Virus record (IMG/VR): IMGVR_UViG_3300017955_000003
Location: 1 to 28,233 of that record
Length of the DNA: 28,233 nt
Source of the DNA: a virus
Taxonomy: Duplodnaviria > Caudoviricetes
Strand: one strand, 5' to 3'
Part shown: positions 8,235 through 17,379 of the stretch, piece by piece
How positions within the stretch are numbered: the first letter of the stretch is position 1
How the letters are laid out: each line of letters begins with the position of its first letter
The notes under the pieces: model-generated
Database searches by the model: none
Seen by the model: the letters and a program-made list of their open reading frames with translations, nothing else
Told to the model about the DNA's origin: nothing
Position numbers and translations under genes: made by a program

Positions 8235-8686
8235 TTCTTGTGCTCATAATACCATCGTAGTTCTTTCTCACGTTTGCAAGTCAAACATTCTCTATATCCC
8301 CGCCTCAACTGGAAGAGAACCAAGTTATCCCCTGCAAGCGGATGCCCTCTCGGACAATGAGTCTTTTCCGTATTGAGTTTTGTGACATTCTCGCTCAACA
8401 GGTTGTGTTCCTTCGGTGTGACTGGTTGGAGATGGTCGGGGTTCACACATGGGGGGTTGTGACAAAGATGATGGAGGTCTTTGCCTTCGGGAATCGGCCC
8501 CTTGACGAGTTCGTAAGCCACTCTATGAGCACCGTGCAATCTCACTCTGCCGCCCTCCCATGTCCCGAATAGTCCGTATCCTGCCGTGTCCAGCGACGCC
8601 GTCCAAAGCCAACATCCTTCCGTCTTTCTTACCTTCGGCCAGAACCTCTCGGAGAGCGATTTGTGGGGGTAGATTCCTCTGGGCAT
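8231..8686 (-). CDS. HNH homing endonuclease (phage HNH_3 type)
   Basis: ERFWPKV...CWLW...GYG...AHRVAYELVKGPIP...HHLCHNPPCVNPDHL...N and KTHCPRGH. Confidence 0.92.
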   Translation of the reverse strand: MPRGIYPHKSLSERFWPKVRKTEGCWLWTASLDTAGYGLFGTWEGGRVRLHGAHRVAYELVKGPIPEGKDLHHLCHNPPCVNPDHLQPVTPKEHNLLSENVTKLNTEKTHCPRGHPLAGDNLVLFQLRRGYRECLTCKREKELRWYYEHKK

Positions 8687-8725
8687 CGACTATGGGCATA
8701 TCAGCATAGGTCTTAACCTTTTGTA

Positions 8726-8804
8726 TGGTCAGCGTCTCGTTGAGGACGGTGATGTCGGCCTGTCCCTCGAACTGCTTCAACCAGAGAGTCTTGGGGTCGC
8801 TCAA
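8726..8804 (-). pseudogene. orphaned original 5' end of the 7737-8234 gene
   Basis: TTG 8804 gives MSDPKTLWLKQFEGQADITVLNETLT, which aligns with MTPKEQYLGQFANQVDMTISDELLQ. Confidence 0.6.
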
Positions 8805-9034
8805 TTCTGCCACCAATGTTTCTTCTTGGCTGGCGTCTGCGCCGAAGCAACAGTATAGAGATACGAGTTGGTTTCAAGTATCCAGACATGACCATTGCCG
8901 CAGAGCATTGAATGAGTTCCATCCTTCCGAGCTACGCTATTGACTCCATCAGGTGTCCAAGAGACAAGCCTCGCGGTTATCGGATTCGGTCCAGCCCCAC
9001 ATTTGGGACAGACAAGAGAGTAATGTTGGCTCAA
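8801..9034 (-). CDS. small Zn-ribbon protein
   Basis: CPKCG...CGNGHVW, with coupled starts and stops. Confidence 0.65.
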   Translation of the reverse strand: MSQHYSLVCPKCGAGPNPITARLVSWTPDGVNSVARKDGTHSMLCGNGHVWILETNSYLYTVASAQTPAKKKHWWQN

Positions 9035-10089
9035 CTGTTAGCCACCCTGATTACCTCGTCTACTTGAGCATCCGACATCGAATTGAAGATGGGAAGCATC
9101 ACGGCGCGGGAGAAGATGTTGACGGCGTTGAGATTGAAGTTTAGCGGGTAGTCTTGGTCAAACGGGTCTTGGAGATGGATTGGTCGCCATGCCTGCCTCG
9201 CGTCAACCCCTGCGGCCTCGAACTTCTTGACTAGCGCAACCCACTCGGTCAAATCCTTCGTCAGCCCAATCATCGTCCAGTAGGCATGTCGGGTCACATA
9301 GTCAGGAACCCTCTGGAACGTCAACCCTGCAATCTCCTTGCGATACCTCGCTGCAATCTCGTTCCTGCGCTTCAGGCTCTCCTCAAGGCGCGACAACTGG
9401 ACAAGCCCTATCGCTGATGCAATATCGGTCGTGCGGAAGTTCATGCCGATTTCCGAATGGACGTAGCGTTCCTTGGTTCTGCCATAGTCGCTGATGCGTC
9501 GGCACTTCTCGATGAGTTCCGCGTCCTTGGAAGCTATCGCGCCCCCCTCGACGGTGCTCAACTGCTTGGTGGCTTGGAAGCTGAAGATGGTGAGATTCTT
9601 GGTAGAGCCAACCTTGCGACCGTCTGCTTCAGCCCCTAACGCTTCTGCGGCATCTTCGATAATCCATACCGCGTAGTCATCCTGAGGAACTGGCAATCCA
9701 GCCACATCGGTCACTATCGACCACGGAACTGTCGGCTTCGTCCTGTCGTATGCCTTGGCGAAATCATCGCCCACATTGAACGTCTCTGGGTCTGCATCTA
9801 CAGGGACAATCTTACACCCCAAGATGGCTGGAACCGAAGCCGTAGCGACAAAGGTGAAATCAGGAACCAGCACGGTGTCCCCAGCCTTGACCCCGTTCGC
9901 TAGGAGCGCCACCATGAGAGCGGCAGACCCTGAGTTGACCAAGGCGATGTTGCTGTGGAGATAGTCAGCCAAGGCGTCCTCAAACCGCTGCGAAACCTTC
10001 CCCTTGCTGGGCCAGCCCGAATCCAAAACGGCTCTCACGGCCTGCTTCTCCTCCTCGCTGACGGTCAAATCGCTGAAGGGAACTCTCAT
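9031..10089 (-). CDS. DegT/DnrJ/EryC1/StrS PLP-dependent sugar aminotransferase
   Basis: VNSGSAAL, FTFVATA, IIEDAAEALG, FSFQATKQLSTVEGG (PLP lysine) and GMNFR. Confidence 0.93.
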   Translation of the reverse strand: MRVPFSDLTVSEEEKQAVRAVLDSGWPSKGKVSQRFEDALADYLHSNIALVNSGSAALMVALLANGVKAGDTVLVPDFTFVATASVPAILGCKIVPVDADPETFNVGDDFAKAYDRTKPTVPWSIVTDVAGLPVPQDDYAVWIIEDAAEALGAEADGRKVGSTKNLTIFSFQATKQLSTVEGGAIASKDAELIEKCRRISDYGRTKERYVHSEIGMNFRTTDIASAIGLVQLSRLEESLKRRNEIAARYRKEIAGLTFQRVPDYVTRHAYWTMIGLTKDLTEWVALVKKFEAAGVDARQAWRPIHLQDPFDQDYPLNFNLNAVNIFSRAVMLPIFNSMSDAQVDEVIRVANS

Positions 10090-10229
10090 TTCTTCTCTTC
10101 CTTCCATCTCCTTACAATCCTTCCTGTCTCGGTGCTAATCTCCGATGTCTCATTCATGTGGAAAAGAGACTCCCGAATTATATTGAAAGCAAACCTGAGT
10201 TCTGGCACGACCCTAGAGAGAACCCTCAT
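10086..10229 (-). CDS. 47-aa hypothetical protein
   Basis: ATGA overlaps at both ends and it fills the gap exactly. Confidence 0.55.
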   Translation of the reverse strand: MRVLSRVVPELRFAFNIIRESLFHMNETSEISTETGRIVRRWKEEKK

Positions 10230-10795
10230 CTCAGAAACAACGCCCACGAGTCCACCTCAAGCGGCACATCGTCCAGCCACTCCTGCTTCTTGAACACCGC
10301 TTCGAGCTGGAACCCGCAACTCCTGTATAGCTTGATGGCGGCGAAATTGTCCGAGTAGCATTGGAGGTAAATCTTCCGCATCCCCCGCTTCTTGGCCTCC
10401 GTCAGCATCACGGCCATCAGCATCGAGCCGACTCCGTGGTGTTGGTATTCATCCTTGACGACGATGCCGAGCGAACAAGTCCATTTCTGGGTCGGCCTGT
10501 GCGGGGAGAACCTTAGGAACCCATAGCCCACAATCTCTGAATATACTGCCCCAGACTGACCGCTTGCATCTCTGAACGAAAAGTTCTCAACGGCAACCCA
10601 TCCCTGCTCCTCGTCCGGCTCCCTGCTGATGAGGCTGGTCTGGAGGTCGGCCATCGCCCTCGCGGCTGGCTCCCTGTTGACTGGGCCCAAGCGACCGTTG
10701 AAGCGATTGAACTGGGTTATCGTCTCATCGCTCAAGCTCAAGAAAAAGGCGTGGAGCGCGTCCCTGTCGGTCGTCTCAAGCTCGCGGACTATCAC
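10226..10795 (-). CDS. GNAT-family N-acetyltransferase
   Basis: LGIVVKDEYQHHGVGSML...DNFAAIKLYRSCGF. GTG 10795 overlaps the upstream TGA. Confidence 0.9.
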   Translation of the reverse strand: MIVRELETTDRDALHAFFLSLSDETITQFNRFNGRLGPVNREPAARAMADLQTSLISREPDEEQGWVAVENFSFRDASGQSGAVYSEIVGYGFLRFSPHRPTQKWTCSLGIVVKDEYQHHGVGSMLMAVMLTEAKKRGMRKIYLQCYSDNFAAIKLYRSCGFQLEAVFKKQEWLDDVPLEVDSWALFLR

Positions 10796-10944
10796 TTGAC
10801 TACACCATGTGTCACGATTGCGTTCTCTCTCCACCACTTGTCTAACTTCTCAAACGCGGAGTTGGCCTTCTCTTGTGATGTGAAAGCCTCGACAGAATGA
10901 TACGAATAGTCGTCGCCTCGTAATATCAGCAACCAAACCTCCAT
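10792..10944 (-). CDS. 50-aa hypothetical protein
   Basis: MEVWLLILRGDDYSYHSVEAFTSQEKA..., fills the operon gap. Confidence 0.55.
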   Translation of the reverse strand: MEVWLLILRGDDYSYHSVEAFTSQEKANSAFEKLDKWWRENAIVTHGVVK

Positions 10945-10946
10945 TT

Positions 10947-11945
10947 CTATGCCCATCTCATCCCCTCCGCAATCTCACGGTAGAACGCCTCATATTTGGG
11001 TATGCGAGAATCCACGCTCCAATCCACGGGACTCGGCTGAAACCATTGATTCACCGTCTTCATGGCCTCCAAGAACTCGGGCACCGACCCCACGCAACGG
11101 GTTATCCCCAGCGACGGCAACGCTCCCCTTGAGTAGCTTATCATGGGCGTGTGACACTGGGCCGCTTCGATAGCCACTAGGTTGTGCGCCTCGTCGAACT
11201 GGAGCGGATACAAGATTGCTACCGCATCCTGAATCAGCCTAATCTTCTCGTCCTCGGTGACGTTGAACCTGATGCTGATGTCGTCGCTCTCGTGCTTCCG
11301 CAGGTCTTCAAGGTAGCGCATGTCGTCAGTCGCAAGCAACCCACCAACAACGTCCAGCTTCGCTCCGCAAGCCTTTGCCAGCGAGATAGCCTCCATCGCC
11401 CCCTTGTTCGGGGTCAGCTTCCCCAAGAAGAGGAACCGCTCCCTGAGGGGCTCGTTCACTGGATGATACTTGCGACCGTCCACATAGCCCCAGCTTGGGA
11501 AGACCTTGGCCTCCTGCGAATACATGTGCCTGAACCTCTCCGCCTGCCACTCGCTCACACAGCAGATGTTGAAACGGGACTTGTTGTAGCGGGTCACGAC
11601 GGGGTCCCACACCATGAAGCAGGCTGGCAGCTTCTCACTGGCGTAAGCCTCGTCCACCCCGAGAGCGTGACCATGTGAGAAGTCGTGGATGGCGTCGTAA
11701 GGCCCAGCCTGCTCGAACCAGAGCCGCCTCATCGCAATATCATCCCTGTCCTGCTCCTGAGGCAGCTTCACGGTGGGGAGCAGTTTGACGCCCTGAGGCG
11801 GTTCGCTACCGATGGGAGCGGCAATATCGACGGAATGACCAGCCCGCTTGAGAGCCCCAGCAAGCGTCGCGGCCATTAGCTCGACTCCGCCATACCTATT
11901 CTCGCCTATCGGGACAACTGAAGTGCTGACGATGAGGAGCTTCAT
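10947..11945 (-). CDS. GT4 (GT-B) glycosyltransferase
   Basis: RYGGVE...GHSVDI, FLGKLTPNKG and EAHNLVAIEA. Confidence 0.9.
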   Translation of the reverse strand: MKLLIVSTSVVPIGENRYGGVELMAATLAGALKRAGHSVDIAAPIGSEPPQGVKLLPTVKLPQEQDRDDIAMRRLWFEQAGPYDAIHDFSHGHALGVDEAYASEKLPACFMVWDPVVTRYNKSRFNICCVSEWQAERFRHMYSQEAKVFPSWGYVDGRKYHPVNEPLRERFLFLGKLTPNKGAMEAISLAKACGAKLDVVGGLLATDDMRYLEDLRKHESDDISIRFNVTEDEKIRLIQDAVAILYPLQFDEAHNLVAIEAAQCHTPMISYSRGALPSLGITRCVGSVPEFLEAMKTVNQWFQPSPVDWSVDSRIPKYEAFYREIAEGMRWA

Positions 11946-12668
11946 CTAGGTTCCCATGAACTCAATCGAAAGCGAGTTGTTCCCGCTGGGGGCAAAGCGC
12001 ACAGGACCTAGGTGGCGTCCCGCTAGGCTCGTATCGCAATAGCTCGGGATTCCTTGCCTCGCCGCCCTCATGCAGAAGCTGAAGTCCTCACTCGCCGATT
12101 CGTTGGGGTTGAGCGAGCGCCACTCCGTCCACAGGAACCAAGCAGGTCTGCCAAGCACACCGTCAATCGCTATCTGGAACGGCTTCAACTGCTCGAAGAG
12201 GTCCATCCTGAGGAGCATCCCTCCAGTAGCTACAGCGTCGCACTTCACCAGTTCACCGGGCTGGTATTCGCCGTCCCTGATGGGCTGGAGTCCGGGGTTG
12301 CCGTCCTGTCGGAACTTGAGCATCTCGTTGAAAGGCGGGTTGTGCCTCCTCACATACAAGCCCGAGGTTATCATCTGGTTGTGCGCCATCAAGCGCGGTA
12401 GAACGTCGGGGGGCCACATGAGGTCCGTGTCGCAAAACCAAAGCCAGCGGGCGCCCATCTGGATAGCCGTCTGGACCGCCTTGTCCCGTGAGACATCCAC
12501 CACGGGCTCGGGGAACCTCATGCGGGCGACCTTCATGCCCTGAGGGACGTTCTGGATTATCTGGTTCATGCGTTCGCTCCACTCGTAGGGCACCTGCTCC
12601 CAGCCCGAGATGGCGTGAGCAATCAGGATGTCGTTGACTTGGTTAGCCCGCTCCCACGACCCGCTGAT
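11946..12668 (-). CDS. GT-A (GT2-like) glycosyltransferase, probable ATC start
   Basis: SRDKAV, WFCDTD (DxD), ATGGMLLR and SEDFSFC. The first beta strand (DILIAH) lies upstream of the first canonical start at 12593. Confidence 0.8.
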   Translation of the reverse strand: MSGSWERANQVNDILIAHAISGWEQVPYEWSERMNQIIQNVPQGMKVARMRFPEPVVDVSRDKAVQTAIQMGARWLWFCDTDLMWPPDVLPRLMAHNQMITSGLYVRRHNPPFNEMLKFRQDGNPGLQPIRDGEYQPGELVKCDAVATGGMLLRMDLFEQLKPFQIAIDGVLGRPAWFLWTEWRSLNPNESASEDFSFCMRAARQGIPSYCDTSLAGRHLGPVRFAPSGNNSLSIEFMGT

Positions 12669-12710
12669 GGTAAATCCCCGTTCAGCGTCTCACGGCAGAG
12701 TATTTGAGTT

Positions 12711-12872
12711 TCAGCCGAAGGCCGAGCTGTATTGGATGCCGTAGGACGCGAGCGTCGCACCGCTGACCCCTCCGATGAGGGCGACTATCTCCCCCTTCAG
12801 GGTGGAGTTCGCGCCTGAGACTTGGTCTTCCGTGACGCCAGTGACCGTGAAGCTGACTACCGCGTTGCCCAT
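12711..12872 (-). CDS. 53-aa small protein
   Basis: MGNAVVSFTVTGVTEDQVSG..., with typical codon bias. Confidence 0.6.
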   Translation of the reverse strand: MGNAVVSFTVTGVTEDQVSGANSTLKGEIVALIGGVSGATLASYGIQYSSAFG

Positions 12873-12904
12873 CAGGGAATCTTGCAGAGCGGTGGATAAG
12901 ACCA

Positions 12905-13645
12905 CTAGCGATTGAATCTCTTGAGCCTGAGGGGGCCGGAGTGCTGGAAGAACGAGGGAGCGGCGGCTGAAGCGGCTTGGATGGCGTCGCCAGCGAGAAT
13001 CCACAGACTGCCAGCGGCGGTAGACCCGCTCACGAACGACACGGGGGCGCTGGTCTGGGCAGACGACACTATGAGATACTCCGTGGCGGCGCTCCCTCCG
13101 GATGTCTGGCCCGATGTCTGGCTCAGTTGCGTCCAGCCGCTCGCGTGGTAGCCCCATCCGCTGTAGGCGGCTGTCGCCATGAACGCGAGAAGGATGTCGT
13201 TCGCGTTCGTGGTGGACACGACCCCGCTCTGGGCGGCCCCTTGGACAGAGCCCGTTCCGCTCAGGGTCAGCGGGATGGAGGCGTTGCCGTCGAACGGCGA
13301 CGAAGTGTTGGCGCCGGCCACGCTGACCACGGCGAGGTAGGCGTAGTTCTTGCTGCCGCTGTTGCTGAAGCTGCCGACCGTGATGTTGGCGTTGCTGAGG
13401 GTGGACGCGGCTATCCCGTAGAACGACCGCCCGAGGATGCCGCCCTGCCCGAAGATGGGTATGCGCTGCGTCCATGTCAGGCCGCCCCCGCTGATGGCGA
13501 CCGTCCCGGAGTAGGTCTGCCCCACCCAGACGTAGACTATGTCGTTGGAGTTCGCCGTGGAGATGCCGCTGACGGTGAGCCCCGATACCTCCGACGCGCT
13601 TGACACGTTGATGGCGAACCCGCTGACCTCTATCGAGAGCGGCAT
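12905..13645 (-). CDS. Ser/Gly/Ala-rich beta-strand virion or adhesin-like protein
   Basis: Amino-acid composition and strong codon bias. Confidence 0.7.
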   Translation of the reverse strand: MPLSIEVSGFAINVSSASEVSGLTVSGISTANSNDIVYVWVGQTYSGTVAISGGGLTWTQRIPIFGQGGILGRSFYGIAASTLSNANITVGSFSNSGSKNYAYLAVVSVAGANTSSPFDGNASIPLTLSGTGSVQGAAQSGVVSTTNANDILLAFMATAAYSGWGYHASGWTQLSQTSGQTSGGSAATEYLIVSSAQTSAPVSFVSGSTAAGSLWILAGDAIQAASAAAPSFFQHSGPLRLKRFNR

Positions 13646-13648
13646 GGC

Positions 13649-15031
13649 CTAGCTCAGATACCTTTCAATCCAGTCAACCGACGCCATGCCGACGCCTATA
13701 CCCGAGGTCATTATGGCGAGGAAGTCCTGTCCGCTCGTCACCTGCGGGTTCTGCATCCTCCACGAGTTGAAGTCGAAGGCGTAGTTGTGCATGTAGCCCG
13801 ACGAGTTCGCCTCCAAGTATAGGCTCTCGATGGGCGTGACACCGCTCCACGCCCCCGACACCATGCCGGAACTCGAAATCACGAAGCCCGAGGCGATGCT
13901 GACGGCGTTGCCGCTGTAGTAGGGGACTATCGTTCCCTTGGGGCCGCTCATCTGGACCACCGAGTTGTCGGTCCTGTAGAGGTCCAAGCGGTTGATGTTG
14001 CCGGAGGCGTATATCCCCACCTCGATTCTGGTTATCTCCAAGACCATGCCCGACTGCCCCGCCGCGACGCCGCTCCCGTAGTTCGAGAGCCCGAACAGCC
14101 CCACGCCCGCAGGCCCCGACCAGAACACGGTCATCGTGTAGCTCGGCCATTCCCTCGGCGTGACGAGCCCCGAGAGGTCGTTGACCGCGCCCGAGGTCAC
14201 ATAGACGTTCCCCGAAGTGATGGAAACAGTCCCGCTTACAGTGACACCTCCCGAAATCGTTAGACCTCCGCCGGAGATGCCCACCAGCCCCGAAACGGTG
14301 ACGCCGCCAGAGATTGTGATGCCGCCGCCCGAAAGCGCGAACAGCGTGTTGGAGATGGCTACCGTCCCAGAGACTTGAACCCCGCCGCTGACAGTCACCC
14401 CCCCTGTTATCGGGAGTGTCCCGCCTGAAATCACGGCGACTATCCCGGAGACAGGAAGGGGCTGCCCCGACAGGGTCGATACTATGACATCGGCCACCCC
14501 CGATGTGGTGACAATCACATTCCCAGAGACTAGGAGCGTCCCGCCCGACGCCACAAGGACCAAGTTCCCAGAGACGCTGACGGGGAGCCCAGAAATCCCA
14601 GCGAACCCTCCAGAGAGGATGACCATCGTTCCCGATTGGAGCCCGAATGGATTGACCGTCGTGGTGACTGGGAGCCCAGAGATGCCGGCAAATCCACCCG
14701 ACAGGGCGACCAAGGTTCCAGATTGATATGCGGGAGGCGAGACGCTGACCGAAGCGGTGACGGGCAGGCCGGAGATTCCAGCAAAGCCCCCAGAGAGCAT
14801 CACATACTGGCCTGACTGCGGCGAAGGCGGCGTGAAGCTCGCGGAGACGACCCCGCCGGAGATGTTGACGTTGAGCGACGTGTTGCCGTCAGAGCCCGAG
14901 AAGATGGTCACAGGCTGGACTTGGCCGGAGCCGTAGACACCGACAGGCAGGGGCTCAAGATAGAGCGTCCGACCCGTGGGCGCCCAGCCGCTCGCCTGAG
15001 TGACTGCGCCGCTAGAGGTTCCGAGAGCCAT
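13649..15031 (-). CDS. Ser-Gly repeat fibre-like virion protein
   Basis: About 45 SG dipeptides in 460 aa, three copies of QSGxxVxLSGGFAGISGLPV, and 6-7 aa xxVSG periodicity. Confidence 0.75.
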   Translation of the reverse strand: MALGTSSGAVTQASGWAPTGRTLYLEPLPVGVYGSGQVQPVTIFSGSDGNTSLNVNISGGVVSASFTPPSPQSGQYVMLSGGFAGISGLPVTASVSVSPPAYQSGTLVALSGGFAGISGLPVTTTVNPFGLQSGTMVILSGGFAGISGLPVSVSGNLVLVASGGTLLVSGNVIVTTSGVADVIVSTLSGQPLPVSGIVAVISGGTLPITGGVTVSGGVQVSGTVAISNTLFALSGGGITISGGVTVSGLVGISGGGLTISGGVTVSGTVSITSGNVYVTSGAVNDLSGLVTPREWPSYTMTVFWSGPAGVGLFGLSNYGSGVAAGQSGMVLEITRIEVGIYASGNINRLDLYRTDNSVVQMSGPKGTIVPYYSGNAVSIASGFVISSSGMVSGAWSGVTPIESLYLEANSSGYMHNYAFDFNSWRMQNPQVTSGQDFLAIMTSGIGVGMASVDWIERYLS

Positions 15032-15084
15032 CTGAGTTCTTTAGTGCTAACACTGTGGTTGAATGAACTTAGGAGCCTGAGACA

Positions 15085-16887
15085 ATCCCCGAGCGTCCCC
15101 CGAAGTCGTGGTTTGACAAGACCAGCAAGAGCGTCAAGGATTCTCTGAAGGAGGCTCACCCAGACTGGACGGAGGAGACTCTTGACGAGAGGACGCGGCA
15201 GACGGTGGGCGACATCTGGTATAACAAGCTCTCACCATCCAAGAAGCAGGAGATTCTCAAGAAATACGAGAGCGAGGCGTTCAGCAAGGACGAGTTCAAG
15301 AGCTACGACGCCCTGATGGCGAAGTGCGAGGCCGACATCTCCGACTCGGAGACTGCCCAGAGGGCGGCCATGAAAGCCGACCTGCTCGACGACAACACGG
15401 GAGGCCCCGCGATAGACCAGCCGGACGAGCAGCCAATCTCCGACGAGCTGGACCGCTCCACAGACAGCGACCAATACGGCGAGATTCCAGCCGCAGCCGC
15501 GGACCACACCCCCGACCTGAAGCGCAAGACCGAGACGGGCCAGCCCGACATCCTCCAAGAAGGAATCGAAGACCCCGACGACAAGCAGGGCGGCGGCGAC
15601 ACGAAACCCGGCAACAAGGACAAGCTGGAGCTTCAGAGCGACCAGAAGGACAAGGACACGCTGAACAAGACGCTCAAGGATACCGGGCTGCCGAAGAACG
15701 TCACCAAGCTGGACGCCAGCAAGAGAGACGGCCTGCCGCAGTTCATGTCCGTTCCCGCTTACAGAACCCCCTACGTCGCCACCCCCAACTTCGGCGGCAA
15801 GGAGGGGGAGATACTCATCAAGGCCCTCGTGCTGGAGGAGGGGTTCAACGTCAACGGCTGGAGGGTCAGGCCGAGCCAGTTCCAGAGCGTGGCAGCGCAA
15901 TACCAGCAGGGGCGCCAACTGAGGATAAACCACTCCAAGGACATGCAGCACGTCATCGGGAAGTCGATGAAGGCCGCGGTCCTGAAGGGCTCCGAGGTCG
16001 CGCAATACATGGGCTCCAAGATAGAGGGCATCAACCCCACGGGGATGTATGTCGCGGCGGAGTTTGTGGCTAACCCAGCCGACCCGCAGGTGAGGACGAA
16101 CATCCTTCAGGGGTTCGTGGAGACGGGCTCGATAGGTCTCAACGCGGAGGCGTTCTGCGCCGAGTGCGGGAAGCCAATCAAGATTGACGACGAGGGCAAG
16201 ATGGACAGGACATGCAGGCACTACGATTCGGGCGTTGACCTCGACTCAGTGGAGACCAAGGAATACTCCTACGTCGCGGAGCCTGCCTACTCTCACTCCA
16301 TCGCACTCCCATCGTTCGGCGCCGCCACCCAGTTCATGGCGTCTAAGATGGTAAAGCATGACGCAAGTTCTCTTAGTCAATCGGAAACCAAGGGAGTGCA
16401 GATGTCAGTTTCAGTCCAAGCCAAGGCCGAAGGCGGCAAGAAGGCTGACGCTGAAGGCAAGTCCGACGCCGAAGGGGACGCCAAGTTCTCGCAGGCAGAC
16501 ATGGAAGCCTACGCCGAGATGCGGATGGCCGACTTCAAGAAGGGACTCGCGGAAGGCGCGAAGTTCAGGGCCAAGAGCGACGCCGAGGGCAAAGCAGACG
16601 CTGACGCTAGTGCGGACGCGAAAGGGGAAGCCGATGCCAAAGCGGACGCAGACGCCAAGGGAGACGCGGACGCTCATGCGGAGGCTTCGGCCAAGACGGA
16701 CCAGGCCACGAGGTTCCCGGCCAACAGGAATCAGCCGTTCTCGCAGGACATGATGGCGAAGATTCTCAGGCCGACATCGACCGCTCTTGCGAGCGAGAAG
16801 TGGGTCAAGGAGCTATGGGTCGCGGCAGCGGAGCACCCGCGAGCGCCAGCCGAGTTCAAGGCCGCAGTCAAGAGGGCGTATCAGTAG
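15085..16887 (+). CDS. prohead protease-scaffold fusion, probable ATC start
   Basis: NVNGW, LRINH, GSIG, CAECGK...CRH and EYSYVAEPAY motifs, then an A/D/K-rich scaffold. The frame is open from 15073, with AGGAG 9 nt before ATC. Confidence 0.8.
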   Translation: MPERPPKSWFDKTSKSVKDSLKEAHPDWTEETLDERTRQTVGDIWYNKLSPSKKQEILKKYESEAFSKDEFKSYDALMAKCEADISDSETAQRAAMKADLLDDNTGGPAIDQPDEQPISDELDRSTDSDQYGEIPAAAADHTPDLKRKTETGQPDILQEGIEDPDDKQGGGDTKPGNKDKLELQSDQKDKDTLNKTLKDTGLPKNVTKLDASKRDGLPQFMSVPAYRTPYVATPNFGGKEGEILIKALVLEEGFNVNGWRVRPSQFQSVAAQYQQGRQLRINHSKDMQHVIGKSMKAAVLKGSEVAQYMGSKIEGINPTGMYVAAEFVANPADPQVRTNILQGFVETGSIGLNAEAFCAECGKPIKIDDEGKMDRTCRHYDSGVDLDSVETKEYSYVAEPAYSHSIALPSFGAATQFMASKMVKHDASSLSQSETKGVQMSVSVQAKAEGGKKADAEGKSDAEGDAKFSQADMEAYAEMRMADFKKGLAEGAKFRAKSDAEGKADADASADAKGEADAKADADAKGDADAHAEASAKTDQATRFPANRNQPFSQDMMAKILRPTSTALASEKWVKELWVAAAEHPRAPAEFKAAVKRAYQ

Positions 16888-17376
16888 ATGTCGCAGTTCG
16901 GAGCGCCCCGTCCAACGCCGGTCACAGAGAGCACAGCGATAGAGATTCAGAGGAAGGAAGGCAGCGCGAGGAGCGCGCTACTCGGGGGCTTCACGGGCAC
17001 CAGCACCATCCCGGCGGGAACCATAGTCAAGCTCATGGGCTCAGGGCTCATCCAGACGGTGGGGACGGAAGACCCTCAGGACGTGTTCGGGGTCACGCTC
17101 TACCAGGGAGTGAGCGGCAGCTTGGCGACCACCATCAGGGGACGGGTCAGGTGCTTCTTCGACGGGGTCAACTCGGGCGGGGCGTCTCTCGCTCCGGGCA
17201 CCGAGCTTCAGCTCTCATACACCTACTCGGGATGGGTCACGCTCGGCAACACCTCGGGCGCGATAGACGTTGTAGGGTTCTACTCGCCGTTCTACGGAGG
17301 CACGGGCGCACCGGGCGGCGCGGCGCTCAGCCTCACGACGAACTCGGGACAGCTAATCCCGGTGGAGTTGTTCTAG
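16888..17376 (+). CDS. capsid decoration/cement protein
   Basis: Lies between protease and MCP, with an IPAGTIVKL...FGVT...TTIRG pattern. Confidence 0.6.
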   Translation: MSQFGAPRPTPVTESTAIEIQRKEGSARSALLGGFTGTSTIPAGTIVKLMGSGLIQTVGTEDPQDVFGVTLYQGVSGSLATTIRGRVRCFFDGVNSGGASLAPGTELQLSYTYSGWVTLGNTSGAIDVVGFYSPFYGGTGAPGGAALSLTTNSGQLIPVELF

Positions 17377-17379
17377 TAG

